A DNA stretch of 32,000 nucleotides from Opitutales bacterium (GCA_049606355.1 JBMYVL010000001.1:74773-106772), one strand, 5' to 3'. Positions 18,341-29,320 are shown, numbered from the stretch's first letter. Numbers and translations: made by a program. The notes: generated from the letters alone by a model not told the origin.

Positions 18341-19078
18341 TTATTTTGCCAGAAAGCCACCATCCAGAGGCAGGACCACGCCAGTCATCCAGCGCGATGC
18401 ATCACTGATTAAATAGGCTGCGGCCTGAGCGACATCCTGTGGGGTTCCAATGCCCAGCGGATAATCCTTCGTATGTGATTCCAGCGCCTCCTGTGAAATG
18501 CGCTCGCCCGCCTCGTGTGCCATTTCACTGTCGAGCATACCAGGCGCGATACAATTCACCCGTATCTGCTGCGGCGCGAATTCGATGGCTAAGCAGCGCG
18601 CGGCGGCCTCCAGTGCGCCTTTACTCGCGGCATAACTGGCATATCCAGCCGCGCCACTCGAAGCCGCCAGCGAGGACAGGAAGACAATCGATGCACCTTT
18701 TTTTAATTTCTTCTGCTTGTGTAACTCGCGCACCAATAACAAGGGCGCCACTGAATTGACCTGGAGGCAGTCTACTAATTGCTGCGCCTGCAGGTATTTA
18801 ATCGGAGCCAAGGGTGCGATACCGGCGGCGTACACCACGGCATCCAATGCCTCCGCATCGACGCTCCAGCCTTCGATTGAATCTGCACTGGATAGATCCA
18901 GCACCTGACTCACCCCACCCGTATCGGCTGTGATTTGCTGTAGCCGAGTGGTATTTCGCCCGGTTAAAACTAAATTCGCGCCCGCCTCGGCGCATCGACG
19001 AGCGATCGCTCCGCCCACCGCACCGGTCGCACCCACCACTAAAATACGCTTCGCCGCTAATGTCTTCTCCGTGTTCAT
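18341..19078 (-). CDS. Short-chain dehydrogenase/reductase (FabG-like 3-oxoacyl reductase)
   Basis: 245 aa with VVGATGAVGGAIA (TGxxxGxG) and the catalytic S...YAASK motif. Its ATG overlaps the ACP stop (ATGA at 19075-19078). Confidence 0.85.
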   Translation of the reverse strand: MNTEKTLAAKRILVVGATGAVGGAIARRCAEAGANLVLTGRNTTRLQQITADTGGVSQVLDLSSADSIEGWSVDAEALDAVVYAAGIAPLAPIKYLQAQQLVDCLQVNSVAPLLLVRELHKQKKLKKGASIVFLSSLAASSGAAGYASYAASKGALEAAARCLAIEFAPQQIRVNCIAPGMLDSEMAHEAGERISQEALESHTKDYPLGIGTPQDVAQAAAYLISDASRWMTGVVLPLDGGFLAK

Positions 19079-19314
19079 GAAGCTTTCTCAGCGCTTACAA
19101 ACTCATACAAGGCACTCAGTGTGGTCAGGGTCTTGAGTTGGCTCGCGGTTATCGACACCCCGTATTCTGCATTCAGCATGGCGATAACTGTTAAGACCGC
19201 CAGCGAGTCCCAGACCTCCAGTTCCAGGTACTTCGTATCCGCACTCAGGGTTCCGGGCGCCACATCTTCGACCGCATCTTCAAAGTGCTCTATAAATGTT
19301 TCTAAAGAGGTCAT
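19075..19314 (-). CDS. Acyl carrier protein (polysaccharide-cluster type)
   Basis: 79 aa and acidic. The Ser attachment context is LEVWDSLAVLTVIAML. It sits between the KAS III and SDR genes. Confidence 0.7.
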   Translation of the reverse strand: MTSLETFIEHFEDAVEDVAPGTLSADTKYLELEVWDSLAVLTVIAMLNAEYGVSITASQLKTLTTLSALYEFVSAEKAS

Positions 19315-19356
19315 ATTAATACGCAGTATGGGCGCCGATCCAGATGCGACAAGAAC

Positions 19357-20439
19357 CTATTCCGCTGTCGGGTAGTCGATCAGTTCACATAGCTGCAATG
19401 CGCTCATGTCGACAAGCGCGCTCGCCCAAGAGAGACCCACTCCAAATCCGGAAAGGAGCACGCGCTGAGTCGATGCTCCTTGCAACACTGCGCCCAACTC
19501 ACCACACAAGGCACAGGGGATGGAAGCGGAGCTTTGATTCCCATACTGCTCAACGGTGCGCATCGGCACTTTAGCCGGATCCAGCTTCAAGCGCTTGGCA
19601 ATGTTGCCGAGGATATAGCGATTGGCCTGGTGAAAAACGAAATAATCCACCGCATCGGGGCCGACGTTGGCATAGTCCAGCAATTCGGATACGGATTGCG
19701 GCTCAACTTTAATTGAGAAATTAAAGATTTCGGCACCATCCATCAATAAGTGCTCGAGTGTGCGACAATTTCCCGCCGCATCCGTCTGCTCCTCTTGAGT
19801 TTGCGGCGAACTCGGTTGACGAAAACCGCCAGCGGGCACGATTAAATTTTGAAAGCCCGCCCCGTCCGTCTGCAAACTGAACCATGCGGATGTGGGGCGA
19901 TCCGACCGTTCAATCAAGGTGGCACTCCCTCCATCTCCGAACAGCGGTGCCACCGCGCGATCTTTAGGATGAACAATGCGACTAATCGTATCCCCCGCCA
20001 ATAAAAGCACCCGTTCACAACCACCAGCAGCCACCATCATCTGCGCCAGCCACAATCCATACACATAGCCCGAGCAGCCCAAATTGACATCCAAAGCCGC
20101 AGACTCAGTGGATAGTCCCAAACGGCCGTGTAGAACAGCCGCATTGCAAGGCTGCGGGTAATCCGGGGTCTGCGTCACGCAGATAAGTGCATCGACATCC
20201 GTGGCAGCGCACTCCAATTGGCGCAACAGATACTTAGCTGCCGCATCGCACAAATCGGCAGCAGTTGTTTGCGCATCTACAACACGGCGCTTATCGAGGC
20301 CAATCGTCTTTTTCAATCGTGCGATTTGCTTCCGGTTGCCCCCAAAGAGCTCCACCTCATCGTCGATACATTTTTCAATGGTAGGGACGCAGGTGACAAT
20401 GCCACGGATCTCGGCCTGATCTAAAGTGCACTTGGGCAT
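19357..20439 (-). CDS. Beta-ketoacyl-ACP synthase III (FabH-like) family condensing enzyme
   Basis: 360 aa with the Cys-His-Asn triad context intact: [32 protein letters not shown]. Confidence 0.85.
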   Translation of the reverse strand: MPKCTLDQAEIRGIVTCVPTIEKCIDDEVELFGGNRKQIARLKKTIGLDKRRVVDAQTTAADLCDAAAKYLLRQLECAATDVDALICVTQTPDYPQPCNAAVLHGRLGLSTESAALDVNLGCSGYVYGLWLAQMMVAAGGCERVLLLAGDTISRIVHPKDRAVAPLFGDGGSATLIERSDRPTSAWFSLQTDGAGFQNLIVPAGGFRQPSSPQTQEEQTDAAGNCRTLEHLLMDGAEIFNFSIKVEPQSVSELLDYANVGPDAVDYFVFHQANRYILGNIAKRLKLDPAKVPMRTVEQYGNQSSASIPCALCGELGAVLQGASTQRVLLSGFGVGLSWASALVDMSALQLCELIDYPTAE

Positions 20440-20613
20440 AGCCTCAAGATGCCCTTCACAGCAGTTGTGTGAAGCTCATTTTTCACCCACGCAGCAAGAC
20501 CCTGGAGCAAACAAAGTCATTGCACACACAGAAAAGCTCGACTTACATGTGAATTTTACAAAAAGAAACACTGTAACCAACCCATCAAATATAGCCCGAA
20601 GAAAGGAATCACC

Positions 20614-21093
20614 TTGGACTTAAAAGACATCAAACAGGTTATCGATCTTATGAAGCGTGCCGAACTTACGGAGTTCGACCTCGAGAAGGAGGGCTTTAAG
20701 CTGCACTTAAGCCGCAAGGAAAAAGATGCGGTGCCGCAAATCATTCAAGCGGCACCTGTCGCTGCCGCTCCAGTTGCCGCTCCAGTCGCCGCCGCTGCCG
20801 CAGCGAGCGAAGCCAAACCGGCAGCAGCCAGCGCACCGGTGGAAGAGAAAGGCATCGAGCTGATCAAGTCGCCGATGGTTGGTACTTTTTACCGCGCACC
20901 GTCTCCAGAAAGCCCAGTATTCGCCGAAGTTGGTACTAAGGTAACGGCTGAGTCGGTCGTATGTATCATTGAAGCGATGAAAGTGATGAATGAGATTCAA
21001 TCTGAAATCAGTGGCACCATCACCGAAGTGCTCGTTGAAAATGGCGATGCCATTGAATTCGGACAGCCGCTCTTCAAGGTGAAAACCGCTTAA
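20614..21093 (+). CDS. accB: Acetyl-CoA carboxylase biotin carboxyl carrier protein
   Basis: A TTG start is preceded by [20 protein letters not shown] aligns from residue 1 with the AccB N-terminus. An Ala/Pro linker and the biotinylation motif EAMKVMNEI are present. Confidence 0.9.
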   Translation: MDLKDIKQVIDLMKRAELTEFDLEKEGFKLHLSRKEKDAVPQIIQAAPVAAAPVAAPVAAAAAASEAKPAAASAPVEEKGIELIKSPMVGTFYRAPSPESPVFAEVGTKVTAESVVCIIEAMKVMNEIQSEISGTITEVLVENGDAIEFGQPLFKVKTA

Positions 21094-21109
21094 TCTGAGC
21101 TACTGATCG

Positions 21110-22474
21110 ATGATACAAAAGCTCCTCATCGCCAACCGCGGCGAGATCGCCTTGCGCATCGTCCGCGCTTGTAACGAACTTGGCATCAAAACGCTCGCCG
21201 TTTATTCTGAGGCCGATGAACAGTCGCTCCATGTGCAACTCGCCGACGAAGCGATCTGCATCGGTCCGGCCGCCAGCAATCAAAGCTACTTAAAAGGTGA
21301 TCGTATCATTGCCGCCGCGGAAATTGCCGACGTAGACGCCATCCACCCGGGTTACGGCTTCCTTGCGGAAAACGCTGATTTCGCAGAGCAATGCGAAGAG
21401 TGTAAGATTAAATTTGTAGGGCCCAGCTCCAACGCCATCATTAACTTTGGCGACAAAGCGAAAGCCCGTGAAATGGCGGTGAAAGCCAAAGTACCGGTCA
21501 TTCCCGGCAGTGAAGGTACGGTCGACGATGAAGTCACCGCGCTCAAGGTTGCCGAAAAAATCGGTTTTCCGGTGATCATTAAAGCAGTCGCTGGTGGCGG
21601 CGGCAAGGGGATGCGCACCGCGCACAATGCCGTTGCCTTTAAAAAGGAGTACAACAGCGCGCGCAGTGAGGCCGAAGCTGCCTTTGGCAATGGTGCAGTT
21701 TACATCGAAAAATTTCTTGAAGCACCACGCCATATCGAAATTCAAGTACTCGGCGATCAACACGGCAACGTGATCCACTTGGGTGAACGCGATTGTTCGG
21801 TACAACGGCGCCACCAAAAAGTTGTCGAGGAGGCGCCTTCGCCGTTTATCAGTGAAGAGACCCGTAAGAAAATGGGGCGCGATGCCGTCAAGTTGGCCAA
21901 ATCGGTCGATTACGAAGGTGCCGGCACTGTCGAGTTTCTTATGGATGAAGAGCAGAACTACTACTTCATCGAGATGAATACCCGCATCCAAGTGGAGCAT
22001 GGAGTCACCGAAGAAGTGACCGGCGTGGATCTGGTTAAAGAGCAACTCCTGATCGCCAGTGGTCAAAAGCTCAGCTACGAACAGAAGGATATCAAATTTT
22101 TACGCCATGCCATCGAGTGCCGTGTGTGCGCGGAAGATCCGGGGCGTAATTTCGCACCCTGCCCCGGTGCGGTGGACCTCTACTATGCGCCGGGCGGTCA
22201 TGGCGTGCGGATCGATTCGCATGTGTATGGCGGCTATACCATCCCGCCCTACTACGACAGCATGATCGCGAAAGTCATCACCTTTGGCCGCGATCGTGAA
22301 CTGGCTTTGGATCGGATGGATCGGGCCCTCGGCGAATACATCATTCGTGGTATTAAAACCAATGTCGCCTTTGCACGTGCCATCATCCGTGATCCTCACT
22401 TCCGCGAAGGGAAGGCGACGACCAAATACGTGGAGGAATTTTTCGATCGGGTCCCTAAGGACCTTTACACTTAG
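21110..22474 (+). CDS. accC: Acetyl-CoA carboxylase biotin carboxylase subunit
   Basis: 454 aa. [21 protein letters not shown] is followed by an ATP-grasp domain ([18 protein letters not shown]). It lies 16 nt downstream of accB. Confidence 0.95.
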   Translation: MIQKLLIANRGEIALRIVRACNELGIKTLAVYSEADEQSLHVQLADEAICIGPAASNQSYLKGDRIIAAAEIADVDAIHPGYGFLAENADFAEQCEECKIKFVGPSSNAIINFGDKAKAREMAVKAKVPVIPGSEGTVDDEVTALKVAEKIGFPVIIKAVAGGGGKGMRTAHNAVAFKKEYNSARSEAEAAFGNGAVYIEKFLEAPRHIEIQVLGDQHGNVIHLGERDCSVQRRHQKVVEEAPSPFISEETRKKMGRDAVKLAKSVDYEGAGTVEFLMDEEQNYYFIEMNTRIQVEHGVTEEVTGVDLVKEQLLIASGQKLSYEQKDIKFLRHAIECRVCAEDPGRNFAPCPGAVDLYYAPGGHGVRIDSHVYGGYTIPPYYDSMIAKVITFGRDRELALDRMDRALGEYIIRGIKTNVAFARAIIRDPHFREGKATTKYVEEFFDRVPKDLYT

Positions 22475-22501
22475 TTAAATCCGCGCTAACTTAATATCAT
22501 T

Positions 22502-22948
22502 ATGAGCAAGGTAACCGAACCCTCCGCAGAATCTAGTATTCCAACGGTCTCCGAGGACAACAACTCCCTCGGCGACATTCGCATCAATCATAGCGTCGTC
22601 GCCAACATCGTACGCCTCGCGGCGCTCGAAGTTTCCGGAGTGGTCGCCGTCGGTGGGAGTTTTGTCGATGGTATTGCCGAAATCTTCTCGAAGAAAGGCG
22701 GTGACGAGCGCGGTGTGCGTGTCGATGAAGATGAAGTCGGCGATTACAAAATTGAAGTTCGTGTGATTCTGCGCTTTGGCGTTGAGCTCGCTGCCGTTGC
22801 CAGCCAGATCCAGCAACGTATCGCTGAGCAGGTCGAAAAAATGACCAGTAAGAATGTCGCCCGCGTAAACGTCATCATCGATGGCGTACGGACACAGGAA
22901 GAAGAGAAGAGTGCGGAAGAGTGGGAAAACCACCCTCACACTGACTAG
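22502..22948 (+). CDS. Asp23/Gls24-family envelope/alkaline-shock stress protein
   Basis: 148 aa. [27 protein letters not shown] is the characteristic Asp23 N-terminal block. The tail is acidic. Confidence 0.8.
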   Translation: MSKVTEPSAESSIPTVSEDNNSLGDIRINHSVVANIVRLAALEVSGVVAVGGSFVDGIAEIFSKKGGDERGVRVDEDEVGDYKIEVRVILRFGVELAAVASQIQQRIAEQVEKMTSKNVARVNVIIDGVRTQEEEKSAEEWENHPHTD

Positions 22949-22959
22949 CCGTTGACTCA

Positions 22960-23481
22960 GTGAACGAACTCTGGGCAGAGCTGGAACTTTTATGTGGCGA
23001 CCGCTTACCGCTCTATGCGATCGCGGCGGTTGTTTTGCTGTTGTTCGTTGTGCTGCTCCTGCGCAAGCGCCAACCCAAACAGGTGGTCGCCTATACCACC
23101 GATAGTGGCAGCGTCACCGTTAGCCGCAGCGCAATCGTCGATTTAGTTCAAAGCTCCTGTGCGCAATTGGAAGCGGTTTACAAGCCGAGCGTGAAAATTA
23201 AGGTCAAGGGTCGCACCACACATTTTAAGGTACAGCTCAAACTTGCGAGCGGTGGACGCCTCCGCGACATAGAACACACCTTGCAGGCTCATTTACGCAA
23301 TTCGTTGAGCGAGAACCTTGGCATCGAGCACTTGGGTAAAATTGATATTGTGGCGACTGGCTTCAAGGCTGGTAAAATCGCGACAAGTGCATTGCCGGCT
23401 CCAGCCGAGACGGCCGATGCTTCACCGGGCACCTCCGAAGCAGATGCATCCGACGAGCGCTCCAGCACGCGGTTGCTCTAA
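22960..23481 (+). CDS. Membrane-anchored protein, possibly the AmaP-like anchor for Asp23
   Basis: A GTG start gives a single TM helix ([17 protein letters not shown]). A segment resembling Asp23-partner proteins follows ([22 protein letters not shown]...[15 protein letters not shown]). It lies immediately downstream of the Asp23 gene. Confidence 0.5.
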   Translation: MNELWAELELLCGDRLPLYAIAAVVLLLFVVLLLRKRQPKQVVAYTTDSGSVTVSRSAIVDLVQSSCAQLEAVYKPSVKIKVKGRTTHFKVQLKLASGGRLRDIEHTLQAHLRNSLSENLGIEHLGKIDIVATGFKAGKIATSALPAPAETADASPGTSEADASDERSSTRLL

Positions 23482-23950
23482 GTGGCTGGTGTGCGCGATC
23501 GGCCTCGCCGCAGCCGCATTCGTTTTGTTGAACGCGCTTGCCTGCCGACCGCAGAGTCAGATTGATCCTCAACTCGACGCATTTGCAGAAGCTTTTCGCA
23601 GCGCCAACCAAGCGCCCGACGTCAGCTCGATGCTCGAGCTCTATGCACATGAAGGGAGCGACCCGCGGCATCTGAACTCGCTAAAAAGTGCGTTGCAAGA
23701 CGAACTCGGGCTCCCAATCCAATCCATTGAATTTCAGCCGCTCACCGGTGCCCCCGATGAGCAAATTGATTTTAGTCACAATGGCATTGTCTATGGTCCC
23801 ACGTTGACGCCGCAACTGCGCATGCAGGTCCACTATGCCACGGCGGATGAGTTCACCAGTCGCTTTACGCTCGGACGAACAACCGCTGGCGAATGGCGCA
23901 TCCTCTGCGCCCGCCCGCTACCTGCTGCGGTGAGTGCAGGGCCCGAATAG
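23444..23950 (+). CDS. Hypothetical lipoprotein/secreted protein (start uncertain: ATG 23444 or GTG 23489)
   Basis: The N-terminus ...[26 protein letters not shown] has a hydrophobic core ending in a Cys, which is lipobox-like. It has no recognisable domain. The ORF-track start at 23318 lies deep inside the previous gene. Confidence 0.45.
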   Translation: MHPTSAPARGCSKWLVCAIGLAAAAFVLLNALACRPQSQIDPQLDAFAEAFRSANQAPDVSSMLELYAHEGSDPRHLNSLKSALQDELGLPIQSIEFQPLTGAPDEQIDFSHNGIVYGPTLTPQLRMQVHYATADEFTSRFTLGRTTAGEWRILCARPLPAAVSAGPE

Positions 23951-24039
23951 ACTGAAAGCGTACGGGAGGAGCTGGCTTCACCTGCCGCCGAAGCATCCCA
24001 CGTGTTGACATGGGTAAAAATTCGCACCACTTAAAGGGC

Positions 24040-24375
24040 ATGAAAATTATCGCATACTTAAAACCAACCTGTGGCTGGAGCATGGGCGTTCGTGCTATCA
24101 TGAACAAATACAACCTCGCCTATGAGGATCGCGACATCATCAATGACCGCAGCCAATATGCCGAAATGGTCGAGAAGTCCGGTCAACCTCTCTCCCCTTG
24201 CGTCGAGATTGATGGGCATATGCTTGCCGATGTGAGCGGCGAGGAAGTTGAGAATTGGATGCTCAGCCAAGGATTAATTCAGCCAAGCGATAAGGCCGTG
24301 GATGCGCCAACCAACGCGCCCTGCACCGATGAGGAGCATGAAGCCATGCGCTCAAAGACCATTCGCTTCTTCTAA
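24040..24375 (+). CDS. Glutaredoxin-fold protein with non-canonical CGWS active site
   Basis: MKIIAYLKPTCGWSMGVRAIM...YEDRDI...SGQPLSPCVEIDG follows the Grx beta-alpha-beta layout, with CPYC replaced by CGWS and TVP by SPC. The ATG at 24010 is an alternative start. Confidence 0.65.
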   Translation: MKIIAYLKPTCGWSMGVRAIMNKYNLAYEDRDIINDRSQYAEMVEKSGQPLSPCVEIDGHMLADVSGEEVENWMLSQGLIQPSDKAVDAPTNAPCTDEEHEAMRSKTIRFF

Positions 24376-24627
24376 TCGCGCAGCGCTTCGGCGCGAAAAA
24401 CCGTGCCCAGCGGAACAAACGTCGGGCTTTTCAGTGCAGAACGTGCATTTTGGCGCGATAAATGGCGTTCCAAGCGCCTGTTTAGGTAATTTTCCTAGAC
24501 AGGCACGACTCACTCACTAACTTTTTCGTTCTTTTTGAATTTTTGACATTTGGCGGTTTTATCGTCCGTTACACTTCATTGGTGATCCGTCGTGTAACAC
24601 GACGGACGCCCATTTCACACTTTAGTT

Positions 24628-27600
24628 ATGCAAGACACTTACACACAGCCTAAGGCACAAGGCCTCTACGACCCACAAAACGAACACGAGAATTGCGGCA
24701 TCGGCCTGATCGTCGACATGAAGGGACGCAAGTCACACGACATCGTTCAAGGTGCGTTGGAAATTTGCGTGAATCTGGACCACCGCGGTGGCTGTGGTTG
24801 CGATCCCATTACTGGTGATGGTGCCGGTATCTTCATCCAACTCCCGCATAACTTCTTTAAGGCAGTCGCACTCAAAGAATGTGGCTTTGAGGTTCCAGCA
24901 GAAGGCGATTACGGCGTCGGCTTTGTCTTTCTCTCTCAGGATGCGACGGAACGCTCCAACGAGGAAGCCATCATCGCGGAAATTGTCGCCGAAGAAGGTT
25001 TCGAGCTATTGGGCTGGCGGGATGTCCCCGTGAAGAGTGCGATTCTGGGTAAAGCATCCAAAGCCTGCGAACCGGTCATGCGCCAGTTTTTCGTCGCGCG
25101 CGGCGATGTGTGCGAAGCCGGCCTCGAATTTGAACGGAAACTCTACCTGATCCGCCGCATTGCAACGCATCGCATTCGTTACAGCGGTGAGGATGAAGCG
25201 TCCTTGTTTTATATCAGTTCGCTCTCGAGCCGGACGATGACCTACAAGGGCATGCTGACAACGGAGCAACTGGGTGATTATTTCCCGGACTTAGGTCACG
25301 AATCGATGGACTCCGCGCTCGCGTTGACACACTCTCGCTTCTCCACAAACACGTTCCCGAGCTGGCCACGCGCCCAACCCTTCCGCTATCTTTGCCACAA
25401 TGGCGAAATCAACACCGTGCGCGGCAATGAAAATTGGCTGCATGCCCGACAAATGCAGCTCGCCAGCGAAGTTTTCGGCGAGGACTTACAGAAGCTGCTG
25501 CCGATCATTCGCGAAGACGGTTCCGACTCACAGAAATTCGACAATTGCTTGGAATTCTTGGTACTCTCCGGCCGCAGTCTCGCACATGCGATGATGATGA
25601 TGATTCCCGAACCATGGGAACGCCACAAGAGCATGCCGCAGTATAAGCGCGATTTTTACGAGTTCCACGCCTGCATGATGGAGCCGTGGGACGGTCCTGC
25701 ATCGATGGCAATGTCGGATGGCGTTCAGGTCGGTGCCACACTAGACCGCAATGGCCTACGCCCCTCTCGCTATTACGTAACCGCGGATGATCGCGTCATT
25801 CTAGCATCCGAGGTAGGCGTCCTGGAGGGCATTGAGCCTGCCAAGGTGGTTAAGAAGGGTCGCCTGGAGCCCGGTCGCATGTTCCTTATCGACATGGAAG
25901 AAGGCCGTATCATCGGCGATGCCGAGCTCAAGGAGCAAATTGCCGCTGAACACCCCTATGGTGAATGGCTGAAAGACAATCTGGTGGATGCCGCCGATTT
26001 GCCTGCGCCCGACAGCGAGCCTAGTGATGCATTTGAGACACTCGAAACTCGTCAGAAGGCCTTTGGCTATACGTTTGAAGACATGCGCTTCATTATTGGC
26101 CCCAGTGCCGAAGCCGGCAAGCAACCCCTCGGCTCAATGGGCAACGATGCCCCGCTGGCGGTGCTCTCTGACCAACCGCAATTGCTCTACAATTATTTCA
26201 AGCAGCTCTTCGCACAGGTCACGAATCCACCGATCGACCCAATCCGTGAGGAGCTCGTCACCGCGAGTATTTCCTTTATTGGCTCCGAAGGTGACCTGAC
26301 CCGTCCGGGCCCGGATAGTTGCCGCATGATCAAGTTTGACAGCCCGCTGATCGATAATCGACAGTTGGCACAGCTGCGTCATATCCACATGGATGGCTTC
26401 CAGGCCGCGAAGCTACCGATCACATTTGAATCCGAAGTCGGTGGTCTCGCCGAAGGACATAACAGTGTACCAGAGCCGTCGATTAGCGGTAAAGGCTTGG
26501 AATCTGCGCTGGAGCTACTCTTCGAAAATGCCGATGCTGCGATTCGTGACGGCAAAAATATCTTGATCCTATCTGACCGTAAAATTGGGGCCAAAAAAGC
26601 GCCGATTCCTGCGCTGCTTGCAGTTGCGGGCCTCCACCATCACCTCGTGCGCCAAGGTACCCGCACACGAGTTTCGATCGTGCTTGAATCCGGTGAGCCC
26701 AGGGAAGTGCAGCACTTTGCCCTGCTGCTCGGTTATGGTGCCAACGCAATCAACCCGTACTTGGCACTCGAAACCGTGCGCCATCTGGTGGATCGTGGCG
26801 ATGTCGATCAAGCGGCGGACAAAGCCTGTGCGAACTTCCTCAAAGCCAATCTGAATGGGGTGATCAAAACCATGTCGAAGATGGGCATTTCAACCGTGGC
26901 ATCCTACCGTGGCGCGCAAATCTTTGAAGCCATTGGTCTCAACCAAGCGGTTATCGATAAATATTTCACGAAGACTGCGTCACGCGTCGAAGGTATCGGT
27001 CTCGGCACCATCGCCAAAGAAACGCAATCTCGCCACCAAAAGGCCTTTGCACCTCGTGATGATGAGCGCGATGCAGCACTGGATACAGGCGGTATTTATC
27101 AGTGGCGTGCGAATGGGGAGCGACACTTGTTCAATCCTGTGACGATCCACAAACTACAGATGGCCACCCGTTTTGGTGATTACGCCGTATTCAAAGAGTA
27201 CTCGGATGCGATTAACGATCAATCGAAGGAGATGTTTACGCTTCGCGGCTTGATGGATTTCAAATTTGACGACTCATCGGCGATCCCGCTGGAGGAAGTC
27301 GAGCCAATTGAGGCCATCATGAAACGCTTCAAAACTGGTGCGATGTCATACGGATCGATTTCCAAAGAAGCTCACGAAGCCATCGCGATCGCAATGAACC
27401 GTGTCGGCGGCAAGTCCAACACTGGTGAAGGCGGCGAAGATGTGGAGCGTTTTACTCCCGATGCGAACGGTGATTCGCGCCGCTCGGCGATCAAGCAGGT
27501 CGCATCCGGTCGCTTCGGGGTGACCAGTTACTACCTCGTCAATTCGGACGAAATCCAAATTAAGATTGTCCAAGGGGCAAAGCCAGGTGAAGGGGGCGAA

Positions 27601-29277
27601 CTCCCGGGTCACAAGGTACTCCCGCAAATTGCCAAAACTCGTGGGACCACTCCAGGTGTAGGGCTCATTTCACCTCCCCCGCACCACGATATCTATTCGA
27701 TTGAGGACCTTGCTGAGCTCATCCATGACCTAAAGAATTCCAACGTGAATGCGCGGGTTAATGTGAAGCTCGTTTCCGAGGTTGGCGTAGGCACGATTGC
27801 TGCCGGCGTTGCCAAAGCGAAAGCAGATGTGATTCTCGTCTCCGGCTATGACGGAGGTACCGGCGCCTCGCCGCGCTCCTCCATTCAACACGCTGGCGCT
27901 CCTTGGGAGCTTGGGCTCGCCGAAACGAACCAAACGCTTCTGCTGAACGACCTTCGCTCTCGCGTTGTCGTGGAAACGGATGGGCAGCTCAAAACCGGCC
28001 GCGATGTCGCAATCGCATGCTTGCTCGGCGCCGAAGAATTCGGCTTTGCCACGACCGCACTGGTCACGCTCGGTTGCTTGATGATGCGCGTTTGCCACAA
28101 GAACACTTGTCCGGTAGGTGTCGCTACCCAAGATCCAGAACTGCGCAAAAAATTCAATGGCGATGCCGAGGCCGTGGTTAACTTCATGAAGTACGTGGCC
28201 GAAGAAATTCGCGAAATCATGGCGAAACTCGGCTACCGCACAATCAATGAGATGGTCGGCCAAGTGCAGCGCCTGGAGATGCGTCATGCAATCGACCACT
28301 GGAAGGCGAAGGGCCTCGACTACAGCAAAATACTGTACAAACCAGAAGTCGGTCCGGAAGTCGGCACCTACTGCCAGATGAAGCAAGACCACTTGTTACA
28401 CAAATCGCTCGATTGCCGCGAGATCCTCGAGCAGGCGCAACCCGCCATTAAGGACGGCGCTGCGGTTGAGATCAATCTGCCGATCGTCAACACCGATCGC
28501 GTGGTCGGCACCATTACCGGGGCAGAGATCTCTCGCCATCACGGTGCCGAGGGGCTCCCTGAGGATACCGTCAAAATCAACCTTAGCGGCTCCGCAGGGC
28601 AATCGCTTGGTGCCTTCTGCCCGAAAGGCATGACCTTTACAGTCACCGGAGATACCAACGACTACCTCGGCAAAGGACTGTCCGGAGGAAAGATCGTAGT
28701 GCGTCCACCTGCAGAGGCACCTTTCGTCGCGCACGAAAATATCATTACCGGTAACGTGTGTTTCTACGGTGCCACTCAAGGCGAAGCCTATATCGCAGGC
28801 ATGGCTGGCGAACGTTTCTGCGTCCGGAATTCCGGCGTCGAAGCGGTCGTCGAAGGCCTCGGCGACCATGCGCTCGAATACATGACGGGTGGCATGGTGC
28901 TCAATCTCGGCTCTACGGGTCGCAATCTCGGTGCAGGTATGTCCGGCGGTGTCGCCTATATCTTCGATGAGTCCGGCGACTTCGTACAAAACTGCCTCAA
29001 TCCCGATATGGTCAACGTCTACCAACTCATCGAGTGTGGCGACGCAGAGATCAATCAAGTCAAAGCCAAGATTGAAACACACGTCGAGCTAACCGGCTCT
29101 GAACGCGGTAAAGCGATCCTCGCGAATTGGCCCGCCATCGCAGAGAAATTCCTCAAGATCATGCCGCAGGACTATGAGCGTGTGCTCCAAGCACAAGCGC
29201 GCGCCGAAGAGCGTGGGCTCAAGGGCGATGATGCCATCCTTGCCGCATTCGAAGAAAACGTGAAAGCAGGCCACTAA
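24628..29277 (+). CDS. gltB: Glutamate synthase (GOGAT) large subunit
   Basis: 1549 aa. The Ntn amidotransferase Cys follows a short propeptide ([12 protein letters not shown]). The FMN/3Fe-4S domain ([18 protein letters not shown], the Cys cluster [19 protein letters not shown]) and the C-terminal GXGXG beta-helix domain are present. Confidence 0.95.
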   Translation: MQDTYTQPKAQGLYDPQNEHENCGIGLIVDMKGRKSHDIVQGALEICVNLDHRGGCGCDPITGDGAGIFIQLPHNFFKAVALKECGFEVPAEGDYGVGFVFLSQDATERSNEEAIIAEIVAEEGFELLGWRDVPVKSAILGKASKACEPVMRQFFVARGDVCEAGLEFERKLYLIRRIATHRIRYSGEDEASLFYISSLSSRTMTYKGMLTTEQLGDYFPDLGHESMDSALALTHSRFSTNTFPSWPRAQPFRYLCHNGEINTVRGNENWLHARQMQLASEVFGEDLQKLLPIIREDGSDSQKFDNCLEFLVLSGRSLAHAMMMMIPEPWERHKSMPQYKRDFYEFHACMMEPWDGPASMAMSDGVQVGATLDRNGLRPSRYYVTADDRVILASEVGVLEGIEPAKVVKKGRLEPGRMFLIDMEEGRIIGDAELKEQIAAEHPYGEWLKDNLVDAADLPAPDSEPSDAFETLETRQKAFGYTFEDMRFIIGPSAEAGKQPLGSMGNDAPLAVLSDQPQLLYNYFKQLFAQVTNPPIDPIREELVTASISFIGSEGDLTRPGPDSCRMIKFDSPLIDNRQLAQLRHIHMDGFQAAKLPITFESEVGGLAEGHNSVPEPSISGKGLESALELLFENADAAIRDGKNILILSDRKIGAKKAPIPALLAVAGLHHHLVRQGTRTRVSIVLESGEPREVQHFALLLGYGANAINPYLALETVRHLVDRGDVDQAADKACANFLKANLNGVIKTMSKMGISTVASYRGAQIFEAIGLNQAVIDKYFTKTASRVEGIGLGTIAKETQSRHQKAFAPRDDERDAALDTGGIYQWRANGERHLFNPVTIHKLQMATRFGDYAVFKEYSDAINDQSKEMFTLRGLMDFKFDDSSAIPLEEVEPIEAIMKRFKTGAMSYGSISKEAHEAIAIAMNRVGGKSNTGEGGEDVERFTPDANGDSRRSAIKQVASGRFGVTSYYLVNSDEIQIKIVQGAKPGEGGELPGHKVLPQIAKTRGTTPGVGLISPPPHHDIYSIEDLAELIHDLKNSNVNARVNVKLVSEVGVGTIAAGVAKAKADVILVSGYDGGTGASPRSSIQHAGAPWELGLAETNQTLLLNDLRSRVVVETDGQLKTGRDVAIACLLGAEEFGFATTALVTLGCLMMRVCHKNTCPVGVATQDPELRKKFNGDAEAVVNFMKYVAEEIREIMAKLGYRTINEMVGQVQRLEMRHAIDHWKAKGLDYSKILYKPEVGPEVGTYCQMKQDHLLHKSLDCREILEQAQPAIKDGAAVEINLPIVNTDRVVGTITGAEISRHHGAEGLPEDTVKINLSGSAGQSLGAFCPKGMTFTVTGDTNDYLGKGLSGGKIVVRPPAEAPFVAHENIITGNVCFYGATQGEAYIAGMAGERFCVRNSGVEAVVEGLGDHALEYMTGGMVLNLGSTGRNLGAGMSGGVAYIFDESGDFVQNCLNPDMVNVYQLIECGDAEINQVKAKIETHVELTGSERGKAILANWPAIAEKFLKIMPQDYERVLQAQARAEERGLKGDDAILAAFEENVKAGH

Positions 29278-29320
29278 GCCACTTCACCGCCACCATTCAT
29301 TAACTCCACACTTTTAAATT

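Noticed and set aside
20426-20623. A 65-aa ORF in the KAS III / accB divergent intergenic region.
   Set aside because: It spans the promoter region of two divergent operons and overlaps both start codons. It has no motif and no ribosome-binding site.
20749-20847. Repetitive GCx/CCx DNA encoding [30 protein letters not shown].
   Set aside because: This is the normal flexible Ala/Pro linker of AccB between the N-terminal and biotinyl domains. It is not a tandem-repeat element or contingency locus.
23318-23443. The upstream part of the 210-aa ORF that overlaps the AmaP-like gene by 164 nt.
   Set aside because: The signal/lipobox-like segment begins only near 23477. The ATG at 23444 or the GTG at 23489 gives a sensible N-terminus, and the longer form is an Arg-rich out-of-frame read of the previous gene.
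24376-24440. The GCGC-UUCG-GCGC hairpin and the GCCC...GGGC-TTTT element after the glutaredoxin-like gene, as a possible terminator.
   Set aside because: The stems are only 4-5 bp. The first lacks a U-tract and the second has mismatches. This is too weak to annotate as a terminator.
24551-24566. A sigma-54-like element TGGCGG-N5-TCGT upstream of gltB.
   Set aside because: Only the -24 TGGC part matches. The -12 element (TTGC) is not present at the required spacing.
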